Assembly: GCA_017445245.1 (NCBI GenBank)
Contig: JAFSUM010000024.1
Coordinates: 2,191-66,190 of the forward strand
Reading direction: 5' to 3'
Length of the DNA: 64,000 nucleotides
Source: Bacilli bacterium
GTDB lineage: Bacteria > Bacillota_I > Bacilli_A > RFN20 > CAG-826
Shown here: positions 25,524-34,701 of the stretch, in pieces
Layout: each line of letters begins with the position of its first letter
How positions within the stretch are numbered: position 1 is the stretch's first letter
The notes under the pieces: model-generated
Seen by the model: only the letters and a program-made list of their open reading frames with translations
Database searches by the model: none
What the model was told of the DNA's origin: nothing
Program-made: the position numbers and the translations under genes

Positions 25524-26492
25524 ATGCGAATTGGTGACGTCGAATTAAACGGTAACGTGATTCTTGGCCCCATGGCCGGGGTGACTTCTTTGGCGTACCG
25601 CGAATTCATGAAGCCATTTGGGGTTGCCCTCTCTTATTCCGAGATGATTTCCGACTGCGGAATCGCTTATGGCAATCAGCGTACTTTCGAATATCTAAAA
25701 ACCAGCAAAATCGATTCCCCTGTAGGTTTGCAGCTTTTTGGATCCGATATCAAAAACACTGCAAAGGCGATTGAAATCGTGCAAAATGTGGCTAAATATG
25801 ACATTTTAGACATCAATTTAGGCTGTCCAGTACATAAAGTTGTCAAAACGGGCGCAGGCTCCGCCTTACCGCGTGATATTGCAAAGTTACGCGAATATAT
25901 GGGCGAAGTTGTAAAAGTCTCGCAAAAGCCCGTCACAGCTAAAATCCGTCTGGGTTGGGACCAGAGCTCCATCAATGTTTTTGAAGTGGCTAAAATCCTT
26001 GAAGAAGCGGGGGTGAAGGCCATTGCCGTTCATTGCAGAACAACCGTTCAGGGTTACGCTGGGCAGGCCGATTATTCCAAGATTAAAGGTCTTAAGGAAA
26101 CCTTATCTATTCCCCTGATCGTTTCTGGTGATATTTTTACTCTTGATGATGCCATTCGAAGCGTCAATGAAACGCATGCAGATGGTGTTATGATCGCGCG
26201 TGGTGGAATCGGGAATCCCTATCTGATTACGCAGATTGGCCACTACTTTAAAACAGGCGAAAAACTTCCAGAGCAAGGTACGGATAAATCGATTGAGTAT
26301 GCACGCCAATTTGCCCGTTCTTTGGTCGAACTCAAGGGTGAAGCACACGCTATCCCCGAGCTTCGTGGAATCCTCCCCCATTTTTTCTCCGGCTTCCCTG
26401 GTTATAAGAAGATTCGTCTTGCCTTGGCGACTAACATGAAGACGCTCCAAGACATGGAAGCCATTTTTACCGGTATCGAAATCCATGGCTGA
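25524..26492 (+). CDS. dusB: tRNA-dihydrouridine synthase (DusB-like)
   Basis: 322 aa. Start motif LGPMAGVT, catalytic region DINLGCP, FMN-binding TIM barrel. Confidence 0.9.
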   Translation: MRIGDVELNGNVILGPMAGVTSLAYREFMKPFGVALSYSEMISDCGIAYGNQRTFEYLKTSKIDSPVGLQLFGSDIKNTAKAIEIVQNVAKYDILDINLGCPVHKVVKTGAGSALPRDIAKLREYMGEVVKVSQKPVTAKIRLGWDQSSINVFEVAKILEEAGVKAIAVHCRTTVQGYAGQADYSKIKGLKETLSIPLIVSGDIFTLDDAIRSVNETHADGVMIARGGIGNPYLITQIGHYFKTGEKLPEQGTDKSIEYARQFARSLVELKGEAHAIPELRGILPHFFSGFPGYKKIRLALATNMKTLQDMEAIFTGIEIHG

Positions 26493-27012
26493 GTATCAAA
26501 AACTGACCCACGGATTCGGCCCTTATTATGATCATGGGTCGCGCGTTTTGATTCTTGGATCGTTTCCAAGCGTTAAGTCGCGGGAACAGCAGTTCTTCTA
26601 CGGGCACCCTAAAAACCGTTTCTGGCCGATGATTTCGGCCATCTTCGGGAAGGAAGAACCTAAAACGATAGAAGAGAAGAAAGCCTTCCTTGAAGAAGCA
26701 CACCTAGCTCTTTATGACGTTATCGAAGAATGCGAGATCAAGAACTCTAGTGATGCCTCGATTAAAAACCCTGTCGTGTCAGACCTGCCCGCAATACTTG
26801 AGAAGACCCAAGTTTCGCTGATCCTCCTAAACGGTAAAAAGGCGGGTGATCTATTCCTTCGATATCAATTACCAACCCTTAAAACACCTATTGAGTATGC
26901 GATAATGCCATCGACTTCCCCGGCTAATGCGGCCGTTTCAATGGCTGATTTATTGCATACATGGGGTACCAAACTGCAAAAATGTAGCGCATGCGCTTGC
27001 ATGTTTATGTGA
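26485..27012 (+). CDS. uracil-DNA glycosylase superfamily protein, DNA-deoxyinosine (hypoxanthine) glycosylase-like
   Basis: 175 aa. LILGSFPSVKS...FYGHPKNRFW motif and C-terminal MPSTSPAN motif. 8-nt overlap with dusB. Confidence 0.6.
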   Translation: MAEYQKLTHGFGPYYDHGSRVLILGSFPSVKSREQQFFYGHPKNRFWPMISAIFGKEEPKTIEEKKAFLEEAHLALYDVIEECEIKNSSDASIKNPVVSDLPAILEKTQVSLILLNGKKAGDLFLRYQLPTLKTPIEYAIMPSTSPANAAVSMADLLHTWGTKLQKCSACACMFM

Positions 27013-27039
27013 AAGGCCTAGAATTGTTCGGTACCGAAC
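26997..27039 (+). promoter_or_regulatory. putative promoter plus 14-bp perfect palindrome (candidate MarR operator)
   Basis: TTGCAT (26997-27002), 16 nt, TAGAAT (27019-27024). The palindrome GTTCGGTACCGAAC (27026-27039) covers the predicted transcription start, 4 nt before ATG 27044. Confidence 0.5.
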
Positions 27040-27043
27040 GATT

Positions 27044-27484
27044 ATGCGCGAACCACCGTTGCCCGTATTGATTCAATTTGCTAGCAAGCGTTTCTTCCAA
27101 GCCGCCGAGGAGCGGCTGCAAGAAGCAGGGCTGGCCACTTTGCATCCCCCAGAGGGCCAGATTTTGGCTGTTCTGCATTCTCACCCCGAAATGTCTGCGT
27201 CGGGGGTCCAAGAGGCGCTGAAATTGTCCAAATCGACCGTTTCAGAGGCACTGAACCATCTCGCTTCGCTTGGTCTTATCGAATACGTGGTCAACGAAGA
27301 AAACCGCCGCGAGAAGAGAATCGTGGAAACCGAAAAAGGAAAACGTCACCAAGAACAGGCTTGGAGAGTTTTATCGGAGCTGGAGAAAGAAACCGAAAAA
27401 GGACTGAGCCAAGAAGAACTGGCCGTATTACGAAAAACTCTTAACCAAATCATAAAAAACACGAAAGGAGGAAACCATGGCTAA
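27044..27484 (+). CDS. MarR-family transcriptional regulator
   Basis: 146 aa winged-helix protein (GQILAVLHSHPEMSASGVQEALKLSKSTVSEALNHLASLGLIEY). Start set at ATG 27044, downstream of the promoter. The ORF-track start 26927 lies inside the glycosylase gene. Confidence 0.8.
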   Translation: MREPPLPVLIQFASKRFFQAAEERLQEAGLATLHPPEGQILAVLHSHPEMSASGVQEALKLSKSTVSEALNHLASLGLIEYVVNEENRREKRIVETEKGKRHQEQAWRVLSELEKETEKGLSQEELAVLRKTLNQIIKNTKGGNHG

Positions 27485-29345
27485 AAAACGGAAGCCGTTA
27501 GAAGAACGGTTAGAAAGCAAAGCCGATGCCGACCTTGCCAACGCCAAAAAGCACTCGATCATCAAAGAACTGGTTGGGTATATGAAAGGCGGCTGGCATT
27601 GGGTCTTTGCCGCATGGATTTTGGTCGCCGGCGAAGTCGTCTGCGAGGTATTGATTCCTTGGGTCGCCGGCACGTATTTGATTCCCACAATTAACCCAAC
27701 CGCCGCGATGATCGAGGCCGGTTACAAGATGGAGGAACACGTCGGCGAGCTGTGGGGCTTGTCGGGTGCCATGGTAGGGCTAGCGATCGTCAGCTGTGTC
27801 TTTGGTATAGCGGCCGGCTTTATTGCTGCAAAAGCATCTGCCCGGTTTGGTAGGAATCTCCGTCAGGGGATGTTCTATAAGATTCAGGACTATTCGTTCC
27901 ATAACATCGACGAGTTTTCTACCCCGTCTCTTATCACGCGTTTGACCACGGATGTCACAAACGTGCAAAACTCCGTCCAAATGATCATTAGAACCGTCGT
28001 TCGCGCGCCTTTTATGTTGATTTTCGCTCTTGTCATGGCTGCGACGATTTCTCCGCTCCTTTCATTGGTTTTTCTTGCAGTAATCCCGTTTTTAGGTGTG
28101 GTTTTGATCGGAATTGTCATCAAAGTACATCCGACGTTTGTGCGGGTTTTTGAGGCTTATGACGGCTTGAACGCGTCGGTAGAAGAAAACGTCCGCGGCA
28201 TTCGAGTCGTGAAGAGTTATGGCAAGGAAGAAGCTGAATACAAGAAGTTCACGGGCGTGTCCAAATACATCTACAAATGCTTTGTCCATGCCGAACGCAT
28301 CATGGCTTTTAACAATCCTGCGATGCAGCTTTCGGTCTATGCGACCATCTTGGTCTTCTCCTGGTTCGGCGCCCGTATGATCGTCCAATCGGGCAATGAC
28401 CCCATGGGTTTCAACACGGGCTCTTTGACCTCGTTGATTAGCTACAACATTCAGATTCTTAACTCCCTTATGATGCTGTCGCTGATCTTCGTCTTGCTGA
28501 TCATTTCGCGCAACTCGGCAGAACGCATTTGCCAAGTGCTAGGTGAGCAGCCTGATATCGTTTCCCCCGAGAATGCGATTGTGGAAGTTCCCTCTGGGGC
28601 GGTGGACTTCGAGAACGTGTCCTTCCGTTATGGCAAGGAAGGAGGCAAGGATGTCCTCCACAACATCACGGTTCACATCCCGTCTGGTTCGACCGTCGGC
28701 ATCATCGGCGCGACGGGCTCTTCTAAGTCGACGTTGATTAGTCTTATCGCCCGTCTTTACGACGCGACCCAAGGCTCGGTGAAAGTCGGCGGAATCGATG
28801 TCAGGAAATACGACATTGTTGTCCTGCGCGACGCCGTTTCAGTCGTGTTACAGAAGAACGTTCTCTTTACCGGAACCGTGCGTTCGAACTTGCTTTGGGG
28901 CAATAAAAACGCGACACAGGAAGAAATCGAAAAAGCCGCAAAACTGGCATGCGCGGATGAATTTATCGAAAAAATGCCGGAAAAATACGATACGAAGATC
29001 GAACATGGAGGCAGTAATGTTTCCGGTGGTCAGAGGCAGCGTCTTTGTATCGCTAGGGCCCTATTAAAGAAACCGAAGATCCTGATTTTGGACGACTCGA
29101 CTTCGGCCGTCGATACGGCGACGGACGCGAAGATTCGTCACGCGTTCAAAACCGAGATTCCCGACGTTACCAAATTCATCGTCGCCCAGCGCATCCTCTC
29201 CATTAAGGATTGCGACACGATCCTGGTTTTGGACGATGGCAACCTGATTGCTCAGGGGAACAACGAGCAGCTGATGAAGTCTTGCGAAATCTACCGCGAG
29301 ATCTATCAGACCCAGCTCGGAGGAGGTGATTTCGATGCCGCCTAG
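27477..29345 (+). CDS. ABC exporter permease/ATPase half-transporter, degenerate-site subunit
   Basis: 622 aa, six-TM domain plus NBD. Walker A GATGSSKST, signature VSGGQRQR. Walker B is ILILDD (Asp replaces the catalytic Glu) and the H-loop is AQR (Gln replaces His). Confidence 0.9.
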   Translation: MAKKRKPLEERLESKADADLANAKKHSIIKELVGYMKGGWHWVFAAWILVAGEVVCEVLIPWVAGTYLIPTINPTAAMIEAGYKMEEHVGELWGLSGAMVGLAIVSCVFGIAAGFIAAKASARFGRNLRQGMFYKIQDYSFHNIDEFSTPSLITRLTTDVTNVQNSVQMIIRTVVRAPFMLIFALVMAATISPLLSLVFLAVIPFLGVVLIGIVIKVHPTFVRVFEAYDGLNASVEENVRGIRVVKSYGKEEAEYKKFTGVSKYIYKCFVHAERIMAFNNPAMQLSVYATILVFSWFGARMIVQSGNDPMGFNTGSLTSLISYNIQILNSLMMLSLIFVLLIISRNSAERICQVLGEQPDIVSPENAIVEVPSGAVDFENVSFRYGKEGGKDVLHNITVHIPSGSTVGIIGATGSSKSTLISLIARLYDATQGSVKVGGIDVRKYDIVVLRDAVSVVLQKNVLFTGTVRSNLLWGNKNATQEEIEKAAKLACADEFIEKMPEKYDTKIEHGGSNVSGGQRQRLCIARALLKKPKILILDDSTSAVDTATDAKIRHAFKTEIPDVTKFIVAQRILSIKDCDTILVLDDGNLIAQGNNEQLMKSCEIYREIYQTQLGGGDFDAA

Positions 29346-31260
29346 AACAATGAATCCAAGAGCGAGAAAGCTCAATTTCAAGGAGTCGCGCCAGATTTTC
29401 GGTCGCATCCTTGCCCGCATGTTTAAGAGCCATCCATGGCTTATCGTCTTTGCGATTATCTGCATCCTTCTTTCCTCGGGTGCCGGCGTTATCGGCAACG
29501 TCTTCATCGGCGATATCTTAATTGACCAATTCGTCACCCCGATGATTCAGGGGAACCCCACGTACCTTTACGGAATTCCAATGGACCTTCAAACCGTCAT
29601 CATTTTGATGGCTGGCGTGTATCTGATTGGCATCGTTTCCGCTTATTTGTACCAAATTCTGGTCTCACAAATCGGGCAGGGGACCCAAAAAGTGCTTCGT
29701 GACGAGCTCTTCCACAAAATGGAAAAACTGCCGATTTCCTACTTCGATCAAAGGCAGACAGGCGACATCATGTCCGTCTATTCCAATGACATCGACACCC
29801 TGCGCGAACTCATTTCTCGCGTATTGCCGACCCTTTTGCAGTCCCTCACCACGATGATTACCGCGTTGGTGGCCATGATTCTATTAAAAGAATGGCCGCT
29901 TCTGCTGGTCGTCATCGGATTCTTATTTGTTATTCTCTTCACCGTTTTGAACGTCTCGAAACGCTCCAGCAAATACTTCATCGGCCAGCAACGTATCCTC
30001 GGCGCGACCAACGGGTATATCGAGGAAATGATTTCCGGGCAAAAGGTCATCAAGGTCTTCAATCATGAAGAGGAAACCAAAGAAGGTTTTGATAAGCTCA
30101 ACGACGAACTTTGCGTCTATACCACGAAGGCCGTCCAGTTCTCTAACATTCTCGGCCCCGTCGTCAACAATTTGTCCAACCTCCAATATGTCGTCATCGC
30201 TCTCATGGGCGGATTAGGAGTCGCTTACGGCTTCATCAGCAGCCCTGGTGTCATCCTCTCCTATATGCAGCTTGGACGTTCGTTCTCGATGCCTATCATG
30301 CAATTGGCGATGAACATCAACATGCTTATCGTCGCTTTGGCTGGTGGCCAACGCATCTTCGAACTTTTGGATTCCAAACCCGAAATTGACGACGGATACG
30401 TCACGTTGGTCAACGCGAAAGAAGGCGTGGACGGTAATCCCGTCGAGACCAAAGAGTACACGGGCAAATGGGCTTGGAAGCATCCCCACAAGGACGGATC
30501 TGGCACCGACTATGTCTGGCTTAAGGGCAAGATCAACCTCTATGACGTCGACTTCGGTTATGTGCCGGGGAAGACGGTTCTTCATAACATCACCCTCTAT
30601 GCTAAGCCGGGCCAGAAAGTCGCTTTCGTCGGTCCGACCGGCGCGGGCAAGACGACCATCACGAACCTCCTCAACCGCTTCTATGACATCGAAGAAGGTA
30701 AGATTCGCTTTGACGATATCAACATCAATAAAATTCGCAAACACGACCTGCGACGCGCAATGGGCATGGTTTTGCAGGAAACAAACCTCTTTACCGATAC
30801 TGTGCGCGAAAATATCCGTTACGGAAACCCGAATGCGACCGATGAAGAAGTTGAAAACGCCGCAAAACTCGCGAATGCTGACGGATTTATTCGAATGCTA
30901 CCGCAAGGATATGACACGGTTTTGGAAGGCGCTGGTGCCGGTTTGTCTCAAGGGCAACGCCAACTGATTTCTATTGCTAGGGCCGCCTGCGTCAACCCAC
31001 CCGTCCTCATTTTGGACGAGGCGACTTCCTCCATCGACTCGCGTACCGAAAGCCTTGTGCAAAAAGGCATGGACGCCATCATGAAAGGACGCACCGTATT
31101 CGTTATCGCCCACCGTCTCTCGACCATCCAAAATTCCAACGTCATCATGGTTTTGGAAAATGGGCGCATCATCGAAAGGGGCGACCATAATCAGCTTCTA
31201 GCCCAGAAGGGAAAATATTATCAACTCTACACGGGCGGAAAAGTTACATCGGAGGACTAA
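29335..31260 (+). CDS. ABC exporter permease/ATPase half-transporter, consensus-site subunit
   Basis: Walker A GPTGAGKTT, Walker B ILDEATS, H-loop AHR, but signature LSQGQRQ (second Gly lost). Together with the upstream gene this fits a heterodimeric exporter with one non-catalytic ATP site. Start set at ATG 29335, 8 nt after AGGAGG; the ORF-track GTG 29326 abuts the SD. Confidence 0.9.
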   Translation: MPPRTMNPRARKLNFKESRQIFGRILARMFKSHPWLIVFAIICILLSSGAGVIGNVFIGDILIDQFVTPMIQGNPTYLYGIPMDLQTVIILMAGVYLIGIVSAYLYQILVSQIGQGTQKVLRDELFHKMEKLPISYFDQRQTGDIMSVYSNDIDTLRELISRVLPTLLQSLTTMITALVAMILLKEWPLLLVVIGFLFVILFTVLNVSKRSSKYFIGQQRILGATNGYIEEMISGQKVIKVFNHEEETKEGFDKLNDELCVYTTKAVQFSNILGPVVNNLSNLQYVVIALMGGLGVAYGFISSPGVILSYMQLGRSFSMPIMQLAMNINMLIVALAGGQRIFELLDSKPEIDDGYVTLVNAKEGVDGNPVETKEYTGKWAWKHPHKDGSGTDYVWLKGKINLYDVDFGYVPGKTVLHNITLYAKPGQKVAFVGPTGAGKTTITNLLNRFYDIEEGKIRFDDININKIRKHDLRRAMGMVLQETNLFTDTVRENIRYGNPNATDEEVENAAKLANADGFIRMLPQGYDTVLEGAGAGLSQGQRQLISIARAACVNPPVLILDEATSSIDSRTESLVQKGMDAIMKGRTVFVIAHRLSTIQNSNVIMVLENGRIIERGDHNQLLAQKGKYYQLYTGGKVTSED

Positions 31261-31262
31261 CC

Positions 31263-32504
31263 ATGGATCGGAAAGTAGTGGAACTCGCAGCCAAGGAACT
31301 CATTCGGCAGAATAGCGGCATCGAACTCATCGCTTCGGAGAATTATCCCTCCATCGACGTTCGTGAGGCCGCGGGCAGCATCTTTACCTGCAAATACGCG
31401 GAAGGTTTCCCAGGACGCCGTTACTACGGCGGCTGCGAAGTTGTAGATGAGCTCGAAAACCTCTGCATCGAGCGCTGCAAGGCCCTTTTCAACGTCGCCT
31501 ACGCTAACGTTCAACCCCATTCAGGATCGCAAGCTAATTATGCTGCTTATCGTGCTTTAATCGCCTCTGGTGCCAAGGTTCTGTCGTTGGCGTTAAATGA
31601 CGGCGGACATTTGACGCACGGGTCGCCTGTTTCCTTCTCTGCCAACACGTATAACTTCGTTCATTATGACCTCGGGGGAGATGGCCATTTGGACATGGAT
31701 ATCATCGCCAAGCGTCTTGACGAAGAGAACCCTGATCTTTTCCTTGCCGGCTATAGCGCATATCCCTTCGCGATCGATTTCAAGAAGATGCGCGAATTAA
31801 TCGACGCCCATAATGCGAAAACCGGCGGTCATTGTCTTTTTATGGTCGATATGGCCCATATCGCCGGCCAAGTTGCCGCTGGCAAATGCCAAAACCCATG
31901 CGACTATGCGGATTTGGTCACTTCGACCACGCATAAGACCTTGCGCGGCCCACGTGGCGGTTTGATTTTGACCAACCGCCTCGATTTGGTAAAGAAGATC
32001 GATTCCGCCGTTTTCCCGTTCTCACAAGGCGGCCCATTGGAACATATCATTGCCGCGAAAGCTACCGCGTTCCTTGAAGCCTCACGTCCTGAATTCAAGG
32101 TTTACTTTGACCATGTCCTCGAAAATACGAAGGCCTGTAATGACGAATTGGCTCGTTTAGGGCGCGTTGTATCCGGCACGGACAACCATCTTTTCCTCTT
32201 AAACGTCCTGGCTTCCTATCGCATCAACGGCCTTGAAGCGCAGAACCGTCTGGAATCGATTGGTATCACCGCGAACAAAAACATGATCCATGGCGACACC
32301 CTTTCCCCGAAATATACGTCGGGTCTTCGTCTCGGCTTTGCCGCAGTTAGCTCGCGTGGGTGTACGAAAGAACAGGCCATCGAAATCGCCCACATCATCG
32401 ACGATGCACTGATAAACCCGGAAGCGGACCTAGATGCGCTTAAAGCGCGTGTCGCGAAAGAAGTCGTTGCCGACTGGGAAGATATCTCCTGCTTGACGTA
32501 TTGA
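31263..32504 (+). CDS. glyA: serine hydroxymethyltransferase
   Basis: 413 aa. PLP-lysine motif TTHKTLRGPRGG and N-terminal LIASENY. Confidence 0.95.
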   Translation: MDRKVVELAAKELIRQNSGIELIASENYPSIDVREAAGSIFTCKYAEGFPGRRYYGGCEVVDELENLCIERCKALFNVAYANVQPHSGSQANYAAYRALIASGAKVLSLALNDGGHLTHGSPVSFSANTYNFVHYDLGGDGHLDMDIIAKRLDEENPDLFLAGYSAYPFAIDFKKMRELIDAHNAKTGGHCLFMVDMAHIAGQVAAGKCQNPCDYADLVTSTTHKTLRGPRGGLILTNRLDLVKKIDSAVFPFSQGGPLEHIIAAKATAFLEASRPEFKVYFDHVLENTKACNDELARLGRVVSGTDNHLFLLNVLASYRINGLEAQNRLESIGITANKNMIHGDTLSPKYTSGLRLGFAAVSSRGCTKEQAIEIAHIIDDALINPEADLDALKARVAKEVVADWEDISCLTY

Positions 32505-32593
32505 TTTGGCCTTTTTGGAACGCTTTTTAGCGCGCCTGCTTTCAATGCGGGCGTGGGTGCGTTAAGATTAGCCCGCCTTAGGGAGGTTTACCC

Positions 32594-34078
32594 ATGGAAG
32601 AGAAACTCACAGACCAAGAACAAGCGCGCGTAGACAAACTCCCGCGCTACCGCGAACTCGGAATCGAGCCGTTTGGCGCCCGTTATGACTGGAAGGATCG
32701 AATCTGCGATATCCGTCGCGACTATGGCGAGCTCGAAGCGGAAGATCTATCCGCCAAAAACATCGAAGTTGATGTCGCGGGTCGCCTTTTGGCCATTCGC
32801 CGCATGGGAAAAGCCGCTTTCGTTAATCTCAAAGACGAGCACGGTTCCATCCAGGGATGGCTTGGACTCGATGTCGTCGGCGAAGAGAACTACGCCGTGT
32901 TCAAACTCGCCGATCTTGGCGATATCGTCGGGCTCCGCGGCACGCTAATGAAGTCCCGCACCGGGGAACTTACGATCCGCGTTTCCAAGTTCACCCACAT
33001 CTCGAAATGCCTTAAGCCGCTCCCTGAAAAGTTCCACGGACTCACCGATGTCGAGGACCGTTATCGCAAGCGTTATCTCGACCTTATCGTGAACGACGAT
33101 TCCCGCAAAATCGCTTTAATGCGCCCCGCAATTATCAAAGAGATACGCAGGTATTGCGACGATTTAGGTTTTGTTGAAGTCGAAACCCCCGTCCTTTCGC
33201 CTATCGCTGGCGGCGCTGCTGCGCGCCCCTTTATCACGCATCATAATGCCCTCGATAAGGACTTCTATCTCCGCATCGCGACCGAGTTGAACCTCAAAAA
33301 GGCCATGATCGGCGGAATCGACCGCGTCTACGAAATTGGACGCATCTTCCGTAACGAGGGTATCGACGTTCGCCATAACCCTGAATTCACGACCATCGAG
33401 CTTTATCAGGCCTATGGCGACCTCCGCTCGATGATGGATTGGACCGAAGGCCTTCTTCGCGATTTGGCCCAGAAGATCTTGGGTACCGAAACCATCACCT
33501 GGGGCGGCCATGAATTGGATCTTTCCAAGCCTTTCAAGCGCATTTCCATGTGCGAAGCCATCCTCGAAGAGACTGGCATCGATTTTACGAAGGAAATCTC
33601 TTTTGAAGAGGCCGTCAAACTGGCCAACGAGCATCACGTTCCCCTTCAGGAATCCTGGAACTCCACTGGATATATCATCCAAGCCTTCTTCGATGAATTC
33701 GTTGAAAAGAAGTTCATTCAACCGACTTTCATTCACACGTATCCGATCGAAGTTTCGCCCCTCACCAAGAAGCTTGATGACCCGCGTTTCGTCGACCGCT
33801 TCGAGATCTTTGTCTGCGGCGGCGAACTCGCGAACGCCTATAGCGAGCTAAACGATCCCTTCGACCAGAGAGAACGATTTGAAGCCCAGCTTGCTGCCAA
33901 AGGCAGGGGAGACGAAGAGGCTAACGATATCGACTTCTCCTTCCTTGATGCCATGCGTTACGGCATGCCTCCTGCCGGCGGTATCGGCATGGGTATCGAC
34001 CGCCTCTGCATGATGCTTTGCAACGTGGATAACATCCGCGAAGTGCTCCTCTTCCCGACGATGCGGGACGAAAAATAA
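32594..34078 (+). CDS. lysS: lysine--tRNA ligase (class II)
   Basis: 494 aa. OB-fold N-domain, class II motif 2 (FRNEG) and motif 3 (GGIGMGIDRL). Confidence 0.95.
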   Translation: MEEKLTDQEQARVDKLPRYRELGIEPFGARYDWKDRICDIRRDYGELEAEDLSAKNIEVDVAGRLLAIRRMGKAAFVNLKDEHGSIQGWLGLDVVGEENYAVFKLADLGDIVGLRGTLMKSRTGELTIRVSKFTHISKCLKPLPEKFHGLTDVEDRYRKRYLDLIVNDDSRKIALMRPAIIKEIRRYCDDLGFVEVETPVLSPIAGGAAARPFITHHNALDKDFYLRIATELNLKKAMIGGIDRVYEIGRIFRNEGIDVRHNPEFTTIELYQAYGDLRSMMDWTEGLLRDLAQKILGTETITWGGHELDLSKPFKRISMCEAILEETGIDFTKEISFEEAVKLANEHHVPLQESWNSTGYIIQAFFDEFVEKKFIQPTFIHTYPIEVSPLTKKLDDPRFVDRFEIFVCGGELANAYSELNDPFDQRERFEAQLAAKGRGDEEANDIDFSFLDAMRYGMPPAGGIGMGIDRLCMMLCNVDNIREVLLFPTMRDEK

Positions 34079-34125
34079 ATCTTCCGATTGAGCAAAAATC
34101 GCCTATACGTGCTATAGGAGGGCTT

Positions 34126-34602
34126 TTGCCAATGGAAAAAACCATCGATATGGAAAGCCGTCTTTCGGCTTACCTCAACACCCTTGTCTACGAAAAACTA
34201 GAGACATTTCTTTATCGCCGTCCGCCCCTTAAAGTGCTGACGGCGTTTTCCAAGAGAAACGCGTTCTATGCCACCGTGCTGATTCACGTCTTCACGGGCA
34301 CGGAAATAACCCTATCTTCCTTCGATCATTATGACGAAGACCAAGATATCGAATCTTTATTTCAAAACGGCATTTACCTATATGCGAAATGGGCAAGCGC
34401 AGGGATCGATAAGGCTGCTTTGAATTATTGCCAATTGATGAATCGCCTCCTCGATAGAATTCCGTTTTCCAAAGGGGAGGCTAACACTTCATCCTTACCG
34501 GATTTCTGCACCGAGGCGAATAAAATCGTCCAATACATGAAGAAATTACGTTACACGTGCGTGCCAATTAAGACGCGAAGAAGCAGTACGAAAAGAATTT
34601 AA
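34126..34602 (+). CDS. hypothetical protein, no family recognised
   Basis: 158-aa ORF with an AGGAGGG SD at 34113-34119. Start is TTG 34126 or ATG 34132. Visibly more AT-rich than its neighbours. No motif recognised. Confidence 0.45.
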   Translation: MPMEKTIDMESRLSAYLNTLVYEKLETFLYRRPPLKVLTAFSKRNAFYATVLIHVFTGTEITLSSFDHYDEDQDIESLFQNGIYLYAKWASAGIDKAALNYCQLMNRLLDRIPFSKGEANTSSLPDFCTEANKIVQYMKKLRYTCVPIKTRRSSTKRI

Positions 34603-34608
34603 AAAAAA

Positions 34609-34681
34609 TTAGCACTCAATGCTTGACACTGCTAAAAACAGGGTTAATATATGGTTAGCACTTAGGAATGTTGAGTGCTAA
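34609..34681 (+). promoter_or_regulatory. hsp20 promoter bracketed by two CIRCE (HrcA operator) elements
   Basis: CIRCE-1: TTAGCACTC-N9-CACTGCTAA (34609-34635), 2 mismatches to the consensus TTAGCACTC-N9-GAGTGCTAA. CIRCE-2: TTAGCACTT-N9-GAGTGCTAA (34655-34681), 1 mismatch. TTGACA (34623-34628), 16 nt, TAATAT (34645-34650) lies between and overlapping them. Confidence 0.7.
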
Positions 34682-34701
34682 AACTCGAAAGGAGTACCCA
34701 T

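Noticed and set aside
32505-32593. T-box or lysine riboswitch upstream of lysS
   Set aside because: The spacer is only 89 nt and lacks the T-box sequence, specifier-loop architecture or L-box helices. Only a small speculative alternative hairpin remains, reported separately at low interest.
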